Source of the DNA: a virus
Strand: one strand, 5' to 3'
IMG/VR virus record: IMGVR_UViG_3300049844_000277
Span: 36,520 to 100,519 of that record
Length of the DNA: 64,000 nt
The position numbers were made by a program, and so were the translations under genes. Shown piece by piece: positions 9,086 through 18,300 of the stretch (within the stretch, counting starts at the first letter, position 1; the number at the start of each line of letters is the position of its first letter). A model generated the notes under the pieces. That model was not told the DNA's origin, did no database searches, and worked only from the letters and a program-made list of their open reading frames with translations.

Positions 9086-10885
9086 TTAGTAACGCCCTTC
9101 CGGACCCATCCCAAATTCAGCCCCATAAGCATAGGCGGGTACCGGATGCGTACTGTGTAAATCAGACGCAGCGCCGGTTCGTGCCCCCTGCAGAAGGGAA
9201 TCCTTTAGATATCGGTGAGCCAAGCGCGCCATCCAGTCAGGATGTAGCAGTGGATTACGTGCCATCGGACGCATCAAAAATTCTACCCGAGGTAATGTAG
9301 TGGCGACAGATACTTCCGAAATTTTATGCTCATTCAATTTCTGTATAACTGATGGTGTTAACGGAGTTCCGGCGGTGAAGTGAAGAACTTCTTTACCGAG
9401 TACACCACCCTCCGCCTGCTTCAACGGAACAGATTTACTGTGCCGTGCTGCGGCATCTCTATACGTTGAGTAAGGAATAACCTCGCCCTTTACCAACGTA
9501 GGATGCTCATCAGTATGCTCGAGAACTTTGACGTGGTTGAGGTCCGCGCGGGCAACCAACTCAAGGTGCCGCTTGTCGACATTGAGTCCTTGTCCATGAT
9601 AGATGTCGTGCAATGTGTCCACGAGGTACTGTCGTCCGACACCAAAGCCCTTGTGATGAATGAGCTCGTCTGGTTTCGGAATTCCTTCTGATAAGACATC
9701 CCCCGCCTCTACTTTCTGTCCCACATGAACTAAGATTTTTAAGTTTGGTCCGGCGTAATGTTGTAAAGCATCAACATGCACGTATGTTCCACCGTGCGGA
9801 GCTGGGATTATTTTTGTAATAGTACCTGCGTGCTCTGCTAGCGGTGCTTTATTAATGAAGGTCTGGGGGATTTCCAAAAGCTGACGGATACCAGACATCC
9901 CCTCTAACTTGGGGGATGTACCTTTGAGTAACCGCATACCGTGCTTAGCGCCGAGCGCCATTTGAGTCAACGGTTCGGAGATAGACTGGGCGGCACGGAC
10001 TCCGACGTTAACACCGATAGCGTGCGGACGTCCTCGCTCATCTAGACCCTGGCACTTACGACAGACGCCATCCTTGGTGACGCAGGTCATTGGTGAACGC
10101 ACGTACACTGTACTGACCTTTGCCTGAAGCTTAGACGCCACTTCTTTTGTAACTAAATCATTCCGATGAAATCCAGCCTGGTCTCGAGATAAATAGCGGT
10201 CAACAATATTTCCATCGGAACTATTCATTGCGAGACCGTTATCAGTTCCGCAATCGTCCTGGGTAATAACCAGCGGATACATATTGTTGGTCATCACCTT
10301 AGACATATCGCCAGGCTCTGCGATGGCCGTATAGGTTTGTACGATGTTATGTCGCGCTTCGTTTCCTGCGGCCCAATGGTCAGCAGCGGACAACCCTTCG
10401 GCGTAGGACTTACTGATTAGCCAGGGATTTATCTCCCCTTTGCTTGTCGTAGTCGCAACCGGGGACGCAATGGTTTTCATCAGCTGCGGAATATTGCCGC
10501 GCGCACCCGACAATGCCATCGAGGTCATAGAACCTGGATGCTTTTTGGTGTGCTCAAGCATCTTCTTTTGTACATCTAAAATAATCTTCTCTTTGGCGTC
10601 TCTATTGTCCGCGTTTTTAATTGCGGCGACAGCGGGCTGCATGATGCTGTCGCGTTCTTTGTACTCCGGCGTAATGTCATCCAACCCTACAGAGACACCT
10701 TCAAGCGTAGAGATGTCGTCCCCTAAGGTTTTTAGCTTAGAGACAATTTCTACGTATTCGGCAGGATCTTCCTTGGCCAAGTCCAACATTTTCTGTTGGA
10801 ACTCTTTTTTATTTAGTGTGCCCGTAATGTGATGCTTCCCGGGCAGCAGGCTATTGACCAGAAACCTACCTAACGGCTGAGCCAT
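9086..10885 (-). CDS. rpoC: DNA-directed RNA polymerase beta' subunit, C-terminal module (trigger loop / regions F-H). This is the split second half of beta'.
   Basis: N-terminus [31 protein letters not shown] aligns with E. coli beta' [54 protein letters not shown] matches the AAQSIGEPGTQLTMRTFH motif. [20 protein letters not shown] matches [20 protein letters not shown]. Confidence 0.85.
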   Translation of the reverse strand: [599 protein letters not shown]

Positions 10886-10891
10886 GGGAAT

Positions 10892-11308
10892 CTATCTCGC
10901 CCCGTATGGGTCATTAGGAGGCGGAGGTTGTTGAGGTTGAGACGGTGTCATGGCCTGCTGTATGCCCATCATAGCTAGGGGAATAGACGCTTGAATCGCC
11001 ATATCCCGCCCAAAACTTTTTAAACCTGATTTCCAACCACCTGGCTCTTGGGCTGGCGTTGCGGGGACCTCAGGTGTCTTTGGTACAGTGTCCGCAGACG
11101 TCACTGCCGGATTGGCGGTACCACCAAAAATAGGCGGCTTGCCTGCTGGCTGCTGTACCGGCGCTGCTGGCGATGTCTTCGGCGTAACAGGTTTGCCCTT
11201 CTGACCCTTCGCGAAGCGCAGCATCTGAACGGGCGCAGGCGCAGCCGTTTTCGTAAACGTCATCCACGCATCAGTAGTTCCCACAGAATAAAAGATATCG
11301 GCAATCAT
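10892..11308 (-). CDS. Pro-rich small hypothetical protein.
   Basis: ORF between the RNAP gene pieces. PQQPPPPNDP and PAAPVQQPAGKPP tracts. Confidence 0.4.
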   Translation of the reverse strand: MIADIFYSVGTTDAWMTFTKTAAPAPVQMLRFAKGQKGKPVTPKTSPAAPVQQPAGKPPIFGGTANPAVTSADTVPKTPEVPATPAQEPGGWKSGLKSFGRDMAIQASIPLAMMGIQQAMTPSQPQQPPPPNDPYGAR

Positions 11309-11664
11309 ATCGCAGCTCCGTCCCGACCAATGCCGGAGTAATCATACGTAGGCGAGCCGCCGCTCCAAGGACTTGATACTCCGCCCCATCGTACGGGGTT
11401 CCCAAAACGCTCGCGACGTTTATCACGCTCAGGGGAAATCCCCGGGTCCATGTCCGTAAGATGCTTAGCTAACCGCTCCGCGGCTACGTTCATATCCCCG
11501 TGCGGAATAGCATGCTGCATGGCATGAGCGGCGGTTCTCACGCCGAAATCTTCTTCTGCGCGAATTCTACCTTCAGCGTAAGCTAAATTCGTCATACGAA
11601 AACCTAGGCTACTCTCGCCCACTACGCAATCGATTAGGTGTAACAGCGTTCTCTTTCCAACCAA
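11305..11664 (-). CDS. Hypothetical protein (119 aa) with a faint, unproven resemblance to RNAP omega.
   Basis: Position inside the RNAP operon. The segment MTNLAYAEGRIRAEE weakly resembles the omega SKYRLTVVVAKRAQQL helix pattern. Weak evidence only. Confidence 0.35.
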   Translation of the reverse strand: MVGKRTLLHLIDCVVGESSLGFRMTNLAYAEGRIRAEEDFGVRTAAHAMQHAIPHGDMNVAAERLAKHLTDMDPGISPERDKRRERFGNPVRWGGVSSPWSGGSPTYDYSGIGRDGAAI

Positions 11665-11750
11665 CTAAAGCTTCGCGCTTTTTAACGGCATCCTTTAGTT
11701 TCTGCGCTAATTCTTCAGCGGCGATGCGCTGTCCTTCCTCGTAAGCGTAC

Positions 11751-12380
11751 TTAAGTACCGGCTCCACGGGAACCTCCTTCACAGAACATCATTCGCCGTA
11801 GGTCATCAGCATGCTGCTGGTCAGTAAGGACCATTTGCTCCAGCATGACCTTAAGCGACAAATTATCTCCGGCCATGTCTGACAGATGTCGTAACTCTTC
11901 AATCAATTGCTTCTCAGTTTGTAGAAGAGTCATGAAAATCTGGTGGAGGTCACTCATGTTCGGGATGACACCTACCTTAGGAATAGGTTCTCCGCCTAAC
12001 GCCGTAATCTTCATTGCGAGATGGTAGGCGTCCATCCGCTCTTCTTTGATGTGCTCTTTAAAGTGGTCGTAGATAACATCTCTAAAGTGCGCACGAATAC
12101 GATCGCCATAATTCATATACATGAAGATGATGGTATATTTGTAGCGCAGCAACTTATTACACTGAGCCACTACCTTATCCTGGGCAACCGCGAAGAATCC
12201 TTCCTCGGCCGATACAGCAAGAGGATGAGCACCAGCAGATGCTGTGGCAAGCGGAGGCATGGCGAACATCTCCTCCGTGTGCGGGGATGACTCCATTGTG
12301 TCCGCCATTGGACTGCTAGGAACTGGAAGACTCGAGCCACTCTCAGCCATGGAAGTACCCACTTTGTAGCGCTGCGTCAT
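11751..12380 (-). CDS. Ferritin-like (bacterioferritin/Dps-fold) four-helix-bundle protein.
   Basis: KEERMDAYHLAMKITALGGEPIP matches the EExxHAD.L.ERI..L.G.P helix-B pattern of bacterioferritin/Dps. C-terminal LEQMVLTDQQHADDL matches the ILESEEEHIDYL pattern of the last helix. Confidence 0.5.
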   Translation of the reverse strand: MTQRYKVGTSMAESGSSLPVPSSPMADTMESSPHTEEMFAMPPLATASAGAHPLAVSAEEGFFAVAQDKVVAQCNKLLRYKYTIIFMYMNYGDRIRAHFRDVIYDHFKEHIKEERMDAYHLAMKITALGGEPIPKVGVIPNMSDLHQIFMTLLQTEKQLIEELRHLSDMAGDNLSLKVMLEQMVLTDQQHADDLRRMMFCEGGSRGAGT

Positions 12381-15300
12381 GTACCCACCTCAACTCGAGT
12401 ATTGAGCGTAATCTCCCCGCGCTTATAGGCGGCGAGAGCTTCTTCTCTATTTTTGAAATGGCGTACTTTATCGTTCGCGGAACTCTCGGCTTTGGACGCC
12501 AAATGTACCCCAAGCATAGCTTCCATTCGTGGCGCTACCATCAAGCTATCTTTTTCACGGTCCGAGAATAGAAGGTTTGAGAGAGTCATCCCCTTCACTT
12601 CATCTATCGCGGGCTTCAGTACGGGAACGTGGATTTGGAATGTGTCCCAAACTACGAGGCCGTCGTTGACCGCGAAAATTTGTGTGTCAGGAACAATAAG
12701 GTCATAGACGGTTTCTTTTCTTAATACCTCGACCGACTCTACTAGATCCCAGGTAATTCCAACGTTCTCAACGATCCTTGCCCAAGCATCGACATCTGGT
12801 GTTTTGGCCGTCCGGAAAAAATGCAACATACGCCGAGCGTTTTGCCTCGTAACGTATGGAGCCTCTTTTCGTTTAGATCGTAGCGTAGCCAATGATGCGC
12901 AGAACGAACTATCTTCCGCGCACGGACCAGTACGGCTGGAGGCGAGGGTCATTAGATTTTTAGGAACAGGAACAATATCCACCTGATCCACAAGTTCATC
13001 AGCTTCTAGGAGGTTCAAAGCCTCCAAAGATTTAGAGTTGTTCCAAATTCCTCTACGAAGCCAGGACACGTTACGCTGGAGGTCTACGGTACTAATAGGT
13101 ATCGTATAAGCTACAGCTTTTTGGAGACGTCCCTCCTTCGGATATGCTTCGCTCACAGAACACCGGACGCCGATAGTTTGTAACAAAAAACGTAATGAAG
13201 CTGCTAACGCAGCAGACGACGTGTGAAGGGCGGCCATCACTTGAAGTTTTGCCTTACCGGCGCTGACAGTGAGTGTACCGTCACCGTTCAACATTCCGAT
13301 GAGCACACCCCACCGAGCCTCCTCAGACCAGTCCCCAAACGCTGGCACGCGTTTCGAGAGACAAGAGCGTCCGGGTACCCTCTCATCTAAGTAACAAGTC
13401 TTGAACAGCTCAACGCACTTCTGCGCACCACTAAAGTGGTCTTTGATACTTTGTCCTGTTATTCCGTTAGATGCGTCGTGTACCTCACGATACGTATTTC
13501 GCTTAATGAGCTTACCCTCAAACGCATTCACCGCGGCAGCAAAGCGTTCACGGTGCACGTCACTAACTTTCGTGTACCCGAAATAATGATCGGTTTCACC
13601 CAGTAAGAAACCGTCGGACAAGAATGCGCCGACCATCCATCCAAACTCAAAATCCCCCTGTGACCCCGTTAACGGTAAATGCCGCACAACCGGAGCTAAC
13701 TTTCCAACGGAATCCGAGGGCGCTGTTGCTTCGATCTGACCTGTTTCATGGTTATAAATACACAACGACTCATTCGTCGACGCCGTAACGCTTAAACCAC
13801 GACGCATTTCTACTTTCGCCACTTCGCATCCGTCTTCAATCGTAAGTCCTGTCACCGGGGACATTACTGATTTACTTGCGGAGTGGTCGTAAGAAAGAAC
13901 GCGAAAACCCTCCGGAACGGCGTAACTGCGAGCACCATTCTTGTCGATACTATAGGGCTCCTCAGCGTGTGGAATCTCTTGAAGCTCCGCTTCCACCAGC
14001 GCCTGTACCGCTGAGGTCCAACAAACACGAGTCTCTGCCGCGAATTTCATGGCTGTCTCCTTGGCTTCATCGCCAAGGAGCGCTTTACAAGCCGCACCTT
14101 CTGCTGTCAACACAACTTTCGTCGAACCCAAGAAACAGTTTCCATCGTAATCCGCATTGAAGCCAAGCTCTGCGAACGGATTTACGCGAATCGTCTTCCC
14201 CGCAACAGGGACGGCGTGAGCGCCAATAAACCCGTACCGGTGGAGAGTCGGAGCGCGATTCACCATCACCGGACGCTCCTTAATCTCCGCCATCAACGCG
14301 TCGTGCGCTGCCGGATGTTTCTTTTCCAACATCTCTTTCGCTTGAATGGCTCCGAAGCCGCGACGGATAAGGCGTGAGATAATAAACTTCCCGTACATGC
14401 CCCAAAGCATGTCTATCGGAATACCTATCTCATCCATGCTCAGAGAGCCGTCTGGAGCTATGGTTCCGCGGCCGGAGATATCTTGCTGCCGCTTCATTAT
14501 TCGTTTTTGGAAAAAGGAACTGTTCCCCGATACGGAAGGTTTACCGTTACGGCGAACAACTACAGTACCATTAGGGACTGTCACACAATACACGGTTCCT
14601 TTGTACGGGTACGCCTCGGTAAAAGAGCCCGACTCAATGGTGACATCAGAAAACCCCCGCACAGAAAAAAGATAATGCGGGAGATGGTGATCCTTAACTG
14701 GCGGACAAATTCCTCTAAAAATAACTTGGTAACCTATTTTTGCAGCGAGATGCTGTAGGTCATCAATTAATTGTAAACTAGCGGTACCGGCGTGAGCACT
14801 CAGCGGTTTACGCCGATAATGGGTTTTCGGGTTTTTCACGTTCTTCGCTAACGAAGGGTGAAGGGTTCCATCTCCACGCAGATATCCGCGCAATAATCCC
14901 TCTAACATAGCAGAAGGCCACGCTAAAATATCTGAAGATAAGTGTTTACTCTCGCACCCACGCCCGCAATGATGCGTTAACCAATCCGCCAGTGAGCGTA
15001 ACCTAATAGTCCACCAGATTACCTGGTATCCATCTTTACGCGTATATGTTTTGCGTACAAAGGGAATATCCAATTTTTTAAAGCACAAATCCACCGCGCG
15101 AACGTGTGGAGACGTTGCGGCTTGACACAAAGAAACCTGGGTTCCTGTTGTGGAAATCCAACCTTCCGCAATCCACCAACCTACAAACTCCGCAAAGGCC
15201 AAAGGATCTGGAGTAAATGTTCCTACTAAATTAGCCGTACGCCGTTTTTTGTTATCCGTAGAAACTTCACACGTATCTCCCGCGAAAACCAACTCCGGAA

Positions 15301-18300
15301 AAGTACCCTCCCACTCCTCAGCGCTAACCATTACCCTCCGGCGGTCCGTGCCTATAAAAGTATCCGCGCGTACCTTTTCCCACGGAGTCCAGACATAGAG
15401 CGCCTTACCGTTACTTACGCGCTTACGGCGATACGAGACTACATGTTCGTGGTTAGGTGTTACACATAAATCAAGTTCACGGCTGCGCGTATGTATCAGA
15501 TCTCCGTCGAACGGCATGGATACTAACGCGGTCGGCTTCTGCCATTCAAATTCCCGGGTGTCTAAGTTAACCGTAGCGACACGAGTTTTTCCGGTGTACT
15601 TAGAAAAACGAACCCACCCTTTTTCTGTAAGAATATCTGTTTGATCATCGTAACATTTTGGCGTAGTTTTCCCGGTAATATGCTCGAGAAATCCCTTTAC
15701 GTTTCTCTTTTGGAGTTTGGGGTTATCTGATTCGTGCGTACCAATCACGGCGCCTACCGCGTGAAACAAGTTCTGACGAAGCTTCGCTTGTTCATCCGGC
15801 GGAAGAATTGGAGATTCAATTTGCTTCCGTAATGACTGATTATGAAGGATAGCGCTTTGGTACAGGTAGTTCGAATCACCTACTACGAGCTCAGAGCCAC
15901 TCTTCCCCGGAAGAATGGGTCGCATTATTGGAGGAAGAACAGGCAACTTGGATAGGACGTACGCATCTCCCGGCTTGAGCTCCTGCCGATTCAGCGCCTC
16001 AAGGAACTTCAACTGCTTTACTGCGTCATCTAGCTTCGTACCGGAGAGCGACTTAATAGAGTTACGGAGCTCCGCGATACGCGCCTTAACGTCGATAGCG
16101 TTAAGCTTTTTCTTTACCGCAGCGCCACCATTCGTATGGTGATACTGGTCAAAATCTTTCGCGGTCATCCCCAGCAAGCGACGGGCAGGGTCGGCGAATA
16201 CAGGATTTACAACGGGCTCGGCGAGCTCAATGTGGCTCCACCGTGTTCCAGTGGTACCGCCAGTAACCGCGGGGTCAAACAATCCCCCACGTTCAGCGGC
16301 CAAATCTTTAGCGCGTACTAACTTCTCATTTTGTACTTCGCCAGATGACATCCGTAGAATGTCTTTATCGGTAAGCGGAGAGAGCGTGCTGATACTTCCA
16401 CGCGAATCAACTTTGACCCCTGCGCCATGCAGCATACCGATGAACTTGTCATAAACGAACGACGACTTGAGTGGAGGGAGAGGCAGTCCCAGCTGAATCG
16501 CCCGCCAGAACTCATCGTTCTTCTGGCTCTTAATAGCCGCCGTCTCTCGAAGCACGTTCCGCGCATTATGTGCAACGAGGGCATTGAACTCCATTTTACC
16601 GACGGCTTTCGCGCCTTCGTCACCGCCCTTAATTGGCTGCTGATTAACGTCGTACGCACCCGTACCGCGCGCGGCGTAGTTGGTCTCCGTGGTCTTAAAC
16701 AAGCGAAGTACGTATTGCGGCCCAACCAGGATTCCCGGAATCTTTTTACCCGACACAGGGTCTATCAGCGTTTCCTTGTCCTTGACCTTGTGCTCCTTCA
16801 GTAAATCCTTTGCCCACTGTACGTTGTCACGCCCTGAAAAGTTTTCAACGACAATAGGTTTACCGATTTTCTTGGCAACCTTAGCGACACACGTCTCTAG
16901 TATTTGCGACGGATTGATTCGGGAAATTACGCCAGCCGAGGTATACAAAACCTCAATCGGCTTACCCGTCTCATCTTGAAGCATCTTGTGATCGGGAACA
17001 ATAAGGGAAACAACGCCCTTGTTTCCGTGGCGTCCTGTGTTTCCGCACCATACTGATTTACCATTTCTGCGAACATACAAAACATGTCCAGGAACAGTTA
17101 CACAGTAAACTGGTGATTTGTACGAATCTACAAAACATTCCACCTGACCCTTCTGTCGTTTGATATGTCCATGATTCACAGTAGGTGTTAATTTCGAATT
17201 AATAATTCGTACCTGCCAATAATCACGACACCAAAAATCTTTACCTTTGATTGTTTGATACCCTTCAGCTTTCGCTAACGACACATTAGCAGCTTTACCA
17301 ATATGTAGTGCGAGACGCTGAACATCATCCGCCAAACGTTTGGATGTTGTTTTGTAGCATATCGGTTGGCCATTTTTAGTATGACCGTCACCCCACATCA
17401 ACCAGTTGAATAGCGTCTCTTGATCCGCTCGAGACCAAGCGAACACCTCAAGCGGGATAAATTTCTCGTAAGACTTACCGAACTGTTTAAAGTACTGCCA
17501 ATATTGCTTGGAATGAATACGAACCTTATCACCTGTGTCCGTGAATAAAATCCCTTCCTCACGAAGAAACTTTTCTAACTGTTTTCGATTTGGCTGATTA
17601 ATTTGCGTAATCTCTATGCCGTAAGTACCGGATTCTTCAATCGTAATGAGATTACCTTCAGATAAAAACGCACCGAGAAGAGCGGCTAAGGTTTTAGTCG
17701 GAAGCGCTTTATCATCTAAAACACGTAAACCCCGGCCCCCTTGTCCCGCGCGCACAGTTATCGAGTCAAATACAAACGACTCAGGAGAGTGCCCCACCCA
17801 AATCCCATCCTTCTTATAACTGACCCTTTTTCCTGCGATTTCATACGCCGGTAAAAGTTGGAAAGATTTCTCGTTGCGCGGTTGAACGTACATATGATGT
17901 CCGTCGGTCACAAACAAATCTACCTGTTGTGATTCGATGCGGTACATCCGTCCGCCTTCTGGATACGAATGAATTGCGTCGGGCTCTAGGTACTCGATAT
18001 TTTCGCCATTCTGTAACGTACAAATCTTATCCGTAATACGTACATCCGCTATCGGTTTCCACCCTTCCCACGTGAGAACCTCAGTCTCTGCATCATAACA
18101 GAGCTTGTCTCCGACGCGCATCGGCTCACGGGTCTTAACCGTTACAACGACACGCTTGTCCGTCACATAAACATCCATGACTTCACCTTCGAAGTCGTGG
18201 TCCCACGTACGAACAAGTTCCCGATACGGCGTAACTAACGTCTTCTTTAGGTTACCGAGAAGCGCATCAGACGCCGAAAGTTTACCTCGTGTGACTCCAG

